DNA from: Strigamia acuminata
Lineage: Eukaryota
NCBI GenBank assembly: GCA_949358305.1
Contig: OX442314.1
Coordinates: forward strand, 19,592,001 to 19,656,000
Reading direction: 5' to 3'
Length of the DNA stretch: 64,000 bases
Shown: in pieces, positions 25,799 through 36,555 of the stretch
Numbering within the stretch: position 1 is the stretch's first letter
Layout of the letters: the number at the start of each line of letters is the position of its first letter
Notes under the pieces: model-generated
What the model was told of the DNA's origin: nothing
The model's database searches: none
What the model saw: the letters and a program-made list of their open reading frames with translations, nothing else
Made by a program: the position numbers and the translations under genes

Positions 25799-28378
25799 AT
25801 GTCTAACTCAGAAGGAGAAATTCCTATTGATGATGAAGGAGTACAGACTCGTACAAAAACGGGCGCTAAGCGCCGTAGATCGGGTCGTCCTCGAACGGCA
25901 CGTAATAGTCTAACGGCTCAACATTTGGCCGAAACTATTGACGCTGTTGCCGCCGAGGGTGCCACGACTAAGGAAGTTGGAACAGGCGGCGAAGAACGCG
26001 AAGTAGCGATTTCCGCTGAACCAACGAACTGGGGCGATTCTTCCATGGATTTGGACACCATCGAGATTCCTGACACGCAACCGGTGGGTTACAAGGAACT
26101 TCTGGATCGAGCAATTCTCCAGGGGGTACAAGTGACTGATCAGATGACGATTATGGAAATTTACGAAGCAATGTCTAATCATGAAAGAAAACGCCTGGTC
26201 GATCATATGAACGAGCAGATGGCTGCTGTTACTCGAAAAATGAACTTAGAGTCTCAAGCCAAGGAAATTGCTGAAAAATCGAATCAAGCTTTGCGAGAAA
26301 TAAACGCTCAGTACCGTCACAGTGACGAACTGGAGCGCCAACGCATGGAATTCGATGCTCGAAAGAAACATTTGTCTAAAAAAGAGAATGAAGTCTTTAA
26401 TAGAGAGCAGAAGATTGCTTGGGATTCCATAAAGCAACAGGAATCATCTAATGAAGAACTCTGTAGACAAATGGCAGCCGCCGACAAAAAAGCTCAAGAA
26501 ACTGAAGATGAGCTACGGCGAGCCAAACTGCTGAGAGAACAAGAGGAATTTGAGGAGGAACAAGAACGAATACGTGTTGCTGAATCCGCCTCACAACAGA
26601 AAGTTCCGGCCGCCAAGGTGAAAAAGAAAGTCGTGCGGTTAGAAGATTCTGCAACCGACGAATCGTCTCAAACATCAAGTGAAGATGAGCGACAGTCGCG
26701 CAAAAGAAGGTGTTCCAATGCTGAGGGGCCTACATCAAAAAAGAACGGCGCTTCAGATGCCGAAATTTTCACTAATAGCGACAAACTCATGACCATGATG
26801 GACGAGAGAAATCGAATGAAGATACAAAACGATTCGCATCGGTCCAACGATAATTATGACCGATCTGGAAGTCGAAGTGCGTCTCTAGATCCCGAAGATC
26901 GTGATAAGGGGGATGAGCGTCAGAAATACGACAATGTACCTCCGCCACGAGGGTCGAAGGACGAATCCCTTTCGGAAGGCGAAAAATCTACTCGATCTGA
27001 GACGCGGAAAGAGCGAAAGAGTCGTTCAAGGACGAAATCCAGAAGATCTCAATCCAGCGACGAACGTTATTACACCGCTGAACAGATCGACGCGATGTTT
27101 CAAAAACAAGCGCAGTCAGCAAGTCGAACCACACGGCTGGCAGAGTTACGTAAATTCGACTTGAAGCGCAAAATTGCAAAATACACCACTGATAAGTGGC
27201 GGCATAAAATTGCCGATGTGAAAACAATTCGATGGGATCGATTAGTCCCTGATCGTTTTAATGGAGAATTCCAAATGGGATCAACCTTTTTGGAAGAAAT
27301 TACAAGAATGGCTCGATTAAATGGTATAACACCTCAAGATACTTTGGAGAAGTTAGTCCCAAAATCATTGGTGGCACGCGCCGAAAATTGGTTCGTTGAA
27401 CGAGAATTCGTGCACTGGAATCAATTTGTAGAAGCGTTCATGCGAGAATACGCTGAACCCACTGAAGACATTTATCAATTATGGGACAATTTAGCTCAAT
27501 CGGCGGGAGAAGACATTCGTTCCTATCTTCGCCGAACCGAAGATTTGTTGTCATCATTACCAACGCCATCTACTGACCATGATGTGGACAGAAAATTTCG
27601 AAAGGCGATGACACCATATTCCCGAAGTATTCTGCAAAATGTTGATGCACCGCCGGTCGGATCATTCAAAGAACTCTCCCAATTTTTAAGGGATAATGAC
27701 CTGAGAATCGAAGAAAAGTATAATGAATATTTGACTCCGGAGGAGACTGCAGCTATTAAAAAACGGCAGTTACGCATTAAAGAATATGTGAAAGAAGCTA
27801 GGCTTGGACAAGCTCCTTTAATGCAACCCCGAGATCGAGGGGATTACTTTGCGGAGAAGACGGATAAAACTTCAAGTGCCGGACCTCCGAACCCCCACAA
27901 ACTACCCAAAAATTCTCGAGCTTACGCGAATCTTGCCTTGTCGGAAGACAGCACTGATGTAGTCGAAGATGACGACCCAGGGCTAGACCCTTTAGTTGAG
28001 AATGCTATTGTATTACTCGCGAAGCATGTCACTGAGAATAAATTCAGACCAAAAATGGTTGGTAAAAACGTTACTTTTAATACAGCAAACCTTAATACAG
28101 ATGCTCGATCAAAATCACCTTTGCCGCTACCCATCAAGCCCGAAGTGATGCCGGATACTGAAAAGGAATCGGCTACAGATAAAAAAGCCGTAGAACCTCG
28201 TTCAAAGTCGCCCACTTCAGGAAACGGTCCTAGGCGCAAGTCACCGGAAACCGATCCGTGCCATAGATGTGGAAAGTTGGGGCATTGGTCAAATCAGTGT
28301 CCTGATAAAAGTCCAGTAGCTGCCGAGATAGAAGGTCTTGTCAGCAAGTTGGGGGAACTGCTCCGAAAAAACTTGTGA
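25799..28378 (+). CDS. gag: Gag of the large gypsy element (859 aa)
   Basis: Follows the PBS; capsid-like region (AENWF...WNQFVEAFMREY...QSAGEDIRSYL); CCHC knuckle CHRCGKLGHWSNQC. Confidence 0.9.
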   Translation: MSNSEGEIPIDDEGVQTRTKTGAKRRRSGRPRTARNSLTAQHLAETIDAVAAEGATTKEVGTGGEEREVAISAEPTNWGDSSMDLDTIEIPDTQPVGYKELLDRAILQGVQVTDQMTIMEIYEAMSNHERKRLVDHMNEQMAAVTRKMNLESQAKEIAEKSNQALREINAQYRHSDELERQRMEFDARKKHLSKKENEVFNREQKIAWDSIKQQESSNEELCRQMAAADKKAQETEDELRRAKLLREQEEFEEEQERIRVAESASQQKVPAAKVKKKVVRLEDSATDESSQTSSEDERQSRKRRCSNAEGPTSKKNGASDAEIFTNSDKLMTMMDERNRMKIQNDSHRSNDNYDRSGSRSASLDPEDRDKGDERQKYDNVPPPRGSKDESLSEGEKSTRSETRKERKSRSRTKSRRSQSSDERYYTAEQIDAMFQKQAQSASRTTRLAELRKFDLKRKIAKYTTDKWRHKIADVKTIRWDRLVPDRFNGEFQMGSTFLEEITRMARLNGITPQDTLEKLVPKSLVARAENWFVEREFVHWNQFVEAFMREYAEPTEDIYQLWDNLAQSAGEDIRSYLRRTEDLLSSLPTPSTDHDVDRKFRKAMTPYSRSILQNVDAPPVGSFKELSQFLRDNDLRIEEKYNEYLTPEETAAIKKRQLRIKEYVKEARLGQAPLMQPRDRGDYFAEKTDKTSSAGPPNPHKLPKNSRAYANLALSEDSTDVVEDDDPGLDPLVENAIVLLAKHVTENKFRPKMVGKNVTFNTANLNTDARSKSPLPLPIKPEVMPDTEKESATDKKAVEPRSKSPTSGNGPRRKSPETDPCHRCGKLGHWSNQCPDKSPVAAEIEGLVSKLGELLRKNL

Positions 28379-28414
28379 GCGCGGGTTTGGCAGCGAATAC
28401 GCTGAAACTCGCGC
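28366..28414 (+). promoter_or_regulatory. -1 ribosomal frameshift signal
   Basis: A AAA AAC in the gag frame (28366-28372), 6-nt spacer, hairpin GCGCGGGTTT-GG-CAGCG-AATA-CGCTG-AAACTCGCGC; pol is in the -1 frame. Confidence 0.85.
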
Positions 28415-29185
28415 CCGTTGCCTCGGAAACAATTAAGGAGATAGACGTCGACGTTTGTCCTAAGATTGAAGTAACCCATGATTACCGTGAACCATTGGAC
28501 AAAAACTATTTAGACTACTGGGATTCAGTAGATAAGAAACATTTGATGGTAGCTCAGTTTAAACCATGTGACCTGAGATTTCCTAAAGTTGACCTTACAA
28601 AACTTAACGAAGTTTTGGCCGAAAAAACGGCCGACAAACGATACTTTCAATATCACGTTAGGAAAGCGCTACAGTGCTATCCCAAACCAAGTAAAAATTG
28701 GATGGACAAACTTTGGGAAAAATTCCGTCCCAGGTCAAAAGAGGTCGATGAAATTGAAGAAATGACTAGAGCTATGGAAAAAGTCGTTCTATCCTATAAC
28801 GATGAAATGGACGAACTACCTATTGATTATCCTGCATTAGAACATCGGATACGTAGAGTCACCTGCAATTTGAACATGGAGGATTTTACGGGAATTCCGA
28901 AAATACAACTACAAACCATGAAAGGACCAATTACTGGATTGTTAGATTCTGGAGCCAATAGAAGCTTTATGGCGGCTTCGGTAATGGAAAATCTGAAATT
29001 GGAAAAAGAATTACAGTACATCTCACCAGGTCTCTGTATTGGAACGGCTGGCAAAGATATTCAACCAGTCGGAACCCTGTTGTTATCATTTCGATGGACA
29101 CATGGAGTCCTTGTGCATCCTTTCATAGTTATTGAACACCGTTTCCCGATGATTTTATTGGGAAATGATTTCATGAAGCGGCTAA
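28372..29185 (+). CDS. pol: Pol 5' part (aspartic protease), interrupted
   Basis: LLDSGANRSF and ILLGNDFM motifs; rejoins 48073 in frame (MKRL|SIQPNPK). Confidence 0.88.
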
Positions 29186-29544
29186 CCTTTTCGCGGATTG
29201 GCTTCCGCGAAATCCGCATTTCGGGGGCGACTATTCTGGGGATTCCGGGTGGACCAAACTCTTCCGGAAAATGTCCGGGGTGGTGTTGGGAGTGTCAATA
29301 GACTGTTTTGTGTCAAGGTTGTCAATTTTCATGTGAGTATTGGAAGGTTCATTTCTGCACATTCTCATGTATTTTTTTTCACAGGAGCGACAAGGAGCGA
29401 TGAAGCGGGATCGAGCGAGAGTGGGTAAAATAAACTGGTTTACGTCTCCAATGCGCGTTCAAGATGGAATACGAACTCGGAATCGACTCCAACACGCGTT
29501 CGCGTGACATACGGACGCATTCACGACCCAGATCAAAAAATGAT

Positions 29545-31742
29545 CTCGTATTCGACTCGCTTTCTAGTCGAGTACGAATTTTGCCCTTCTTCAACGCGAA
29601 ATCGTATTCGACTCGTTTTCGAGTCGAATGCGAATTTTGCCCTTCTTCAACGCGAAATCGTATTCGACTCGTTTTCTAGTCGAGTACGAGTTTTGCCCTT
29701 CTTCAACGCGAAATCGTATTCGACTCGTTTTCGAGTCGAATGCGAATTTTGCCCTTCTTCAACGCGAAATCGTATTCGACTCGTTTTCGAGTCGAGTACG
29801 AGTTTTGCCCTTCTTCAACGAGAAATCGTATTCGACTCGTTTTCGAGTCGAGTACGAGTTTTGCCCTTCTTCAACGCGAAATCGTATTCGACTCGTTTTC
29901 GAGTCGAATGCGAATTTTGCCCTTCTTCAACGCGAAATCGTATTCGACTCGTTTTCGAGTCGAGTACGAGTTTTGCCCTTCTTCAACGCGAAATCGTATT
30001 CGACTCGTTTTCGAGTCGAGTACGAGTTTTGCCCTTCTTCAACGCGAAATCGTATTCGACTCGTTTTCGAGTCGAATGCGAATTCGTATTCGACTCGTTT
30101 TCGAGTCGAATGCGAATTTTGCCCTTCTTCAACGCGAAATCGTATTCGACTCGTTTTCGAGTCGAGTACGAGTTTTGCCCTTCTTCAACGCGAAATCGTA
30201 TTCGACTCGTTTTCGAGTCGAGTACGAGTTTTGCCCTTCTTCAACGCGAAATCGTATTCGACTCGTTTTCGAGTCGAATGCGAATTCGTATTCGACTCGT
30301 TTTCGAGTCGAATGCGAATTTTGCCCTTCTTCAACGCGAAATCGTATTCGACTCGTTTTCGAGTCGAGTACGAATTTTGCCCTTCTTCAACGCGAAATCG
30401 TATTCGACTCGTTTTCGAGTCGAATGCGAATTCGTATTCGATTCGAATACGATTCGAATTCGATTCGAATACGAATACGATCAAAATACGAACTCGTAAC
30501 AACTCGAATACGATGACCCGTTACCGGACTTTGACTCGTACGACTCGTATTCGAGATGTATTCGAGATGTATTCGAATCGTATTCGAGTCGCATTCGAGA
30601 TGGTCGATGATTTCCACTCGCTCATATACGCGTTGTATACGAGCTCGTATTTTGATCGTAATCGTAAACGAATCGTTTACAAGTCGTATACAAGTTGTAT
30701 ACGACGTGTATACACCTCGTATACGAACGAAGTTTGGAAAATCCACCGGATACTTACTACGACATGAAAACACATAGTAGTCACATACGTCTTATTTGGA
30801 AATTGTGTTTTCACAAACTTCGTTCGTATACGAGGTGTATACACGTCGTATACAACTTGTATACAACTTGTAAACGATTCGTTTACGATTACGATCAAAA
30901 TACGAGCTCGTATACAACGCGTATACGAGCGAGTGGAAATCATCGACCATCTCGAATACGACTCGAATTCGATTCGTATTCGATTCGAATACGATTCGAA
31001 TTCGATTCGAATACGAATACGATCGAAATACGAACTCGTAACAACTCGAATACGAATCAAAGTCCGGGAAACAAAAATCGACCATCTCGTATACGATTCG
31101 AAAGCGAATCGAATACGATTTCGCGTTGAAGAAGGGCAAAACTCGTACTCGACTCGAAAACGAGTCGAATACGATTTCGCGTTGAAGAAGGGCAAAACTC
31201 GTACTCGACTCGAAAACGAGTCGAATACGATTTCGCGTTGAAGAAGGGCAAAATTCGTACTCGACTCGAAAACGAGTCGAATACGATTTCGCGTTGAAGA
31301 AGGGCAAAACTCGTACTCGACTCGAAAACGAGTCGAATACGATTTCGCGTTGAAGAAGGGCAAAACTCGTACTCGACTCGAAAACGAGTCGAATACGATT
31401 TCGCGTTGAAGAAGGGCAAAATTCGTACTCGACTCGAAAACGAGTCGAATACGATTTCGCGTTGAAGAAGGACAAAATTCGCATTCGACTCGAAAACGAG
31501 TCGAATACGAATTCGCATTCGACTCGAAAACGAGTCGAATACGATTTCGCGTTGAAGAAGGGCAAAATTCGCATTCGACTCGAAAACGAGTCGAATACGA
31601 TTTCGCGTTGAAGAAGGGCAAAATTCGTACTCGACTAGAAAGCGAGTCGAATACGATTTCGCGTTGAAGAAGGGCAAAATTCGTACTCGACTAGAAAGCG
31701 AGTCGAATACGATTTCGCGTTGAAAAAGGGAAAAACTCGTAC
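29545..31742. repeat. Foldback element: inverted arrays of a 56-bp hairpin-containing unit around a 77-bp spacer
   Basis: Unit TTTTGCCCTTCTTCAACGCGAAATCGTATTCGACTCGTTTTCGAGTCGAGTACGAG at about 29545-30440, reverse complement at about 31105-31742; spacer 30737-30813. Confidence 0.9.
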
Positions 31743-32073
31743 GCGATTCAGTGAAACTAAATTTACATGTGCGCGTTGACGCGCGCGATTCGTGTGTTCT
31801 ACGTGAGTAAATAGAGTGCGCGTCACATATGAATACAAAATGTCGACCATGCGTCGCCACGATGCCAGTGGACGAATTCTGCGAATTCGTGCAAACGCAG
31901 AAAGTTAAAAATATTCAAATTTGACGCCCACGATGACTCGTTCGTAGTAGACGCCTCCACAACTGCTTTTGAAAAGAATTTGATAAATGTTTGGAAATAA
32001 TATTTAGGATTTTCTTTAATCATATCAGGAAACTGAAAACAGAAATAAAGTTTATACATTGGAAATTTTTTAT

Positions 32074-32412
32074 CCTTTTCGCGGATTGGCGTCCGCGAAA
32101 TCCGCATTTCGGGGGAGACTATTCTGCGGATTCCGGGTGGACCAAACTCTTCCGAAAAATGTCCGGGGTGGTGTTGGGAGTGTCGATAGACTGTTTTGTG
32201 TCAAGGTTGCCAATTTTCATGTAAGTATTGGAAGGTTCATTTCTGTGCATTCTCATATATTTTTTTTCACAGGAGCAATGAGGCGCGATAAAGGGGGATC
32301 AAGCGAGAGTGAAAAAGATAAACTTGTTTACGTCTCAAATGCGCGTTCGCGATGGAATACGAACTTGGAATCGACTCCAATACGCGTTCGCGTCGCATAC
32401 GAACGCATTTAC
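32074..32412 (+). repeat. Diverged second copy of the composite element's left end (29186-29523)
   Basis: Starts at the same CCTTTTCGCGGATTGGC; preceded by TTAT. Confidence 0.85.
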
Positions 32413-33761
32413 AACTCGTTTTCGACTTTGATTAAAAAGGAACAAATATGATTAAAAATCAACAAAAATATACAAAACTTGATAAGAAATGTATAAACAT
32501 TGATTAGAAATCGACAAAAATCGACTGAAATCTGACAATAATCGAATAAAATCGGACAATAATCAATTCAGAATGACAAATAACAATTACAATTGGTAAA
32601 AATTGACCAAAAATACAGAAAAATCGATTAAAAACCAGCAAAAACAAACAGAAAACGATTAAATCAATTAAAAATCAACAAATAACCAAAATTGCCCTCA
32701 ACACACCCCAACAACCTTCCACCACTCAAATTACACCGGAAAAAAACAAATTCAAACCGAAAAATCAACAAAGAATGCCAAAAAAAATATTGCAAACAAA
32801 GAGATAAGATCAATTCTCGAGGCAAATTCTCACCACAAAACAACGCATCGCCGCCGACATCAACTTTTTAAATTTGAGAAACTCGCGTTTTTACGTGTAC
32901 CGGTGCAGTACCGGGACCGCGGTACTTGTACTGCGGTATACATTTAAGTGTACAGTGCACAACACTACTGTTTATTTTTAATGATCCAATAAATAAAATT
33001 TGAAACAAAGTTGAGTGGAATTGTACGTTTCTCGTATATTAAAGTTTTTATTTTTTAATTTTTTTTGTTCCATACTAGAATGGCGATTCGATACTTTTGT
33101 AGCTCGAATTCACTGATATAAACGTGGTCGGTTTTCATCACGCGTCAATGCGCTCGTGCAATAGTATAGGCGCGCATGGCTTGATGCGCACAAAACTTGC
33201 AAAACTTGCACGGAATTTGGTCAATTTTTGACAAATTTCAGCAGATTTTTGCCTATATTTGACAAATTTCCACTGATTTTTGACAATATTTGACCCAACA
33301 ACTGCGCCACGTTCCAGGCGCCGGTTTAGGCATTTTAGACCCGTTTTAGACCGTTTTAGATGGCGAAAACGTTCTCTCCATCATTTTCTACCCCTGGGTG
33401 AGGTTTTCAGCGTTCATGATTGATGAAAAAGCTGTTTTCTAACTAGCTGTCCCATTGCTAGTTTTGGCGTCAGGTTTTAGCAACCTTCCGATCCGACTCT
33501 GTCGTCTGCACGACCTCCAAGACTGTTTTAGGGTTAATTTGAGTCAAATAATTCATTCTGGGGGTTGTTTTGGGTTTTTTACAAGTGTGTTTTTGTAGTT
33601 TTTATTGGTTTCAAACATTGTCAATTCTTTATACAAGTGTAACTTTCATTTCTCTGTATTTTGAGAACTTTGCATTGCAGCAAAGTTCATTTCTTGCCCC
33701 TTAATTATTGTGTAATTGTTGGTTTTGAAGCCCGTTTTTTAACAATAACTTTATTTGAAGT

Positions 33762-36353
33762 TGTTGGTTTTGAGTGCCCAGTCTTCACGCCAGGTGAACG
33801 TTTCACCTGCGCACCCACGACGTCCAGATGACGTACTTGGCGTAAACCAATCAGGGTTGAGCGCACCTGTATATAATGTGTTAGCAATTAGAATAAAGTT
33901 AGTCATTTGCTGTTAAACCTAACCACGCGTCTTATCATTGTCCCAACCTTCGACACTAAAAACTACAGGTTATGGGCCCAGCACGCTTCCACTGCGGATA
34001 ATATCGAGATTTGGGACGAAACGATCGAAGAAGTCAAAACGTTTTTGATACGAACCGTTTCGAGAAACAAAATCAGAAACGATGGCGAATGCAGGCGGAA
34101 TTTCGGCTAGAATCGAACCACTGGGGAAAGAAAACTACGATGCCTGGAAAGTCCAAATGGAAGCAATTTTGGGGAAGAACGATCTCTTAAAGTACGCGGA
34201 CGGAACATTGAAGCGACCAGAAGTTGATCCAAGCAACAATAACACCAAGAAAGCCGCCGAAAATTGGGACGTGAGAGACAGAAACACGAGATACGATATT
34301 TTGCTACACGTAAAACAGTCGGAGATTCGATTGTTGAAAAACTGTAAAACCTCAAACGAATTATGGAGAAAATTGGACGAAATTTACGAAGCGAAAGGAC
34401 CGGCAAATATGGGCATGTTGCTGAAACAAATTTGCGGAAACAAAATGGCTGAGAACGAAAACGTGCGTGACTATCTGAAGGGATTTTTTGAAGCGGTTGA
34501 TAAGCTACTCGACATGGATATGGAAATCCATCCGACACTTACTGGGACGCTGCTGTTGCAAAGTTTGCCGAAATCATTCGATACGTTCAAGATCACGATG
34601 GAATCGCGAGACACATTGCCGACGCTGGAAGCGCTAAAAGCTAAAATTATAGCCGCAGCAATTTCTCAAGAAAAAGATAAAGAAGAAGTATCCGACGCAA
34701 TGTTGGCCAAGAAATCGTTCCAAAAACGGAGGCAGCCGAAGAACGGCGACGATGAATCGGATTCTGATGAAAAGCCGACTTTCAAGTTCAAGTGCCACGG
34801 TTGCGGAAAAATCGGCCACAAAATCGCCGATTGCCGAAGTAAAAGCAAGAAGGAAAGCGCATCGAGAGCCGAGAAGTCCAAGTACGAATTATTTTTCTGC
34901 GAACAAAACGAGACAGCATTGAAATGCGAGAAGTCACGGCCGAGAAATTGGTGTTTGGACAGCGGCGCAAGTTCCCACATGTGCTCGAGCAATTCAACAT
35001 TTTCAACGATCGAATTCCTGAAGAACCAGAAATTGAATTTGGCCAGTAAAGCGAGTACGAACATCGACGGAAAAGGAACCGCGAAAATCGTCGTCAAAAC
35101 TGGAGACGGAAATATGAAGTTGGATTTGACGGAGACTCTCTTGGTACGGGATTTGCGAACGAATTTGATGTCAGTCGGAAAGATCACAGAGCGGGGACAC
35201 AAGGTGATTTTTGACAATAAATCAGCAGAAATAATAAGCCCGAAGGGAGAAATCGTATTCACCGCCGAAAAAAGAAACGGATTATATTACATCGTCGACA
35301 AGACCGAGGATGCTGCGACCGCAATGGAAATCGAAGTCAGAACCGGGAACATGAAGACCGAAAAAGCAAGTACGGAAGTCAAGAAGACAAGAACCGAGAA
35401 CAAGAAAACAGCTGCGGAAGTCAAGAAGACGAGAACCGAGAACAAGAAAACAGCTGCGGAAGTCAAGAAGACGAGAGCCGAAAACAAGAAAACAGCTGCG
35501 GAAGTCAAGAAGACTAGAACCGAGAACGTAAAAATTCGCGAATGGCACGAGAAGCTCGAATACGAATCAATTTTGAAGAAACTGAAAAACGACTTTGCAG
35601 AACAGATAAGTCAAACATTAATGGAAATGGCGCAATATATGATTTTGCAGCCGAGTGAGGAATCAAGTGTGGAACTAGACAAGAACGAGAACGAAGTCAA
35701 AATTTCCGAGAACGAGAGCGAAGCCGAAATTTCCGAGAACGAGAGCGAAGCCGAAATTTCCGAGAACGAGAACGAAGTTGAAATTTCCGAGAACGAGAAC
35801 GAAGTAGAAATTTTCGAGAACGAGACGGAACAAGGGGAAGTCGAAATCAAGATCAATGATGAAGTCGAGAACGAGACTGAACAAGGGGAAGTCGAAACTC
35901 TCCAGATCAAAAACGTACGAGCGCCTCCGCGACAATCTTCGAGAACTCGGAGGCTGTATTCAAATCGAAATGGAAAACCACCAGGAAGAATTCGATATGA
36001 AGAGTATTAATTAGTAAAACAAAATATTTGAATTGTTTGAGAAAAATATGTTTAATATTTGAATTGTTTAAGAAAAGTGTTTTTAATTATTTTAACTTTT
36101 GAGATGTAAAAATGTTGGAATATGTGGTGACTGGCACTCAGGGGAAGTGTTGGTTTTGAGTGCCCAGTCTTCACGCCAGGTGAACGTTTCACCTGCGCAC
36201 CCACGACGTCCAGATGACGTACTTGGCGTAAACCAATCAGGGTTGAGCGCACCTGTATATAATGTGTTAGCAATTAGAATAAAGTTAGTCATTTGCTGTT
36301 AAACCTAACCACGCGTCTTATCATTGTCCCAACCTTCGACACTAAAAACTACA
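33762..36353 (+). mobile_element. Non-autonomous Ty1/Copia element, 2592 bp
   Basis: 206-bp LTRs 33762-33967 and 36148-36353 (TG..CA, no difference seen); TSD GAAGT; PBS GGTTATGGGCCCAG (copia-type half tRNA-iMet); PPT AGGGGAAG. Confidence 0.93.
34082..36010 (+). CDS. Copia Gag-protease ORF lacking IN core, RT and RNase H (642 aa)
   Basis: ENYDAWK, CHGCGKIGHKIADC, WCLDSGASSHM, KRNGLYY; then 42-nt (about 35370-35530) and 27-nt (about 35685-35830) coding tandem repeats. Confidence 0.88.
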   Translation: MANAGGISARIEPLGKENYDAWKVQMEAILGKNDLLKYADGTLKRPEVDPSNNNTKKAAENWDVRDRNTRYDILLHVKQSEIRLLKNCKTSNELWRKLDEIYEAKGPANMGMLLKQICGNKMAENENVRDYLKGFFEAVDKLLDMDMEIHPTLTGTLLLQSLPKSFDTFKITMESRDTLPTLEALKAKIIAAAISQEKDKEEVSDAMLAKKSFQKRRQPKNGDDESDSDEKPTFKFKCHGCGKIGHKIADCRSKSKKESASRAEKSKYELFFCEQNETALKCEKSRPRNWCLDSGASSHMCSSNSTFSTIEFLKNQKLNLASKASTNIDGKGTAKIVVKTGDGNMKLDLTETLLVRDLRTNLMSVGKITERGHKVIFDNKSAEIISPKGEIVFTAEKRNGLYYIVDKTEDAATAMEIEVRTGNMKTEKASTEVKKTRTENKKTAAEVKKTRTENKKTAAEVKKTRAENKKTAAEVKKTRTENVKIREWHEKLEYESILKKLKNDFAEQISQTLMEMAQYMILQPSEESSVELDKNENEVKISENESEAEISENESEAEISENENEVEISENENEVEIFENETEQGEVEIKINDEVENETEQGEVETLQIKNVRAPPRQSSRTRRLYSNRNGKPPGRIRYEEY

Positions 36354-36555
36354 GAAGTGCCTATTGTTTCAGGCACGTGCTTCCACGTGCCTTTTATTGT
36401 TGAGCAATTTCTTGGGCAGTTGCGCTCCTGTTGCTAGCATTGCCGCGCGTTCTCCGCGCGCGTACTCGCGTTTCGCATCACACACATTCGGATTCGATGG
36501 CCTATCGCGGCGGCACATTGTGTGGCATAGCGCGGCACGTTGCAATTGCTAATGC

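Noticed and set aside
29464..31860. Long overlapping ORFs on both strands, and a CRISPR-like look
   Set aside because: They arise from the stop-poor 56-bp tandem unit; there are no unique spacers or cas genes and the context is eukaryotic.
33717..33735. TGTTGGTTTTGA match to the Copia LTR start just upstream of the insertion
   Set aside because: Short and low-complexity; a normal TSD argues for ordinary integration.
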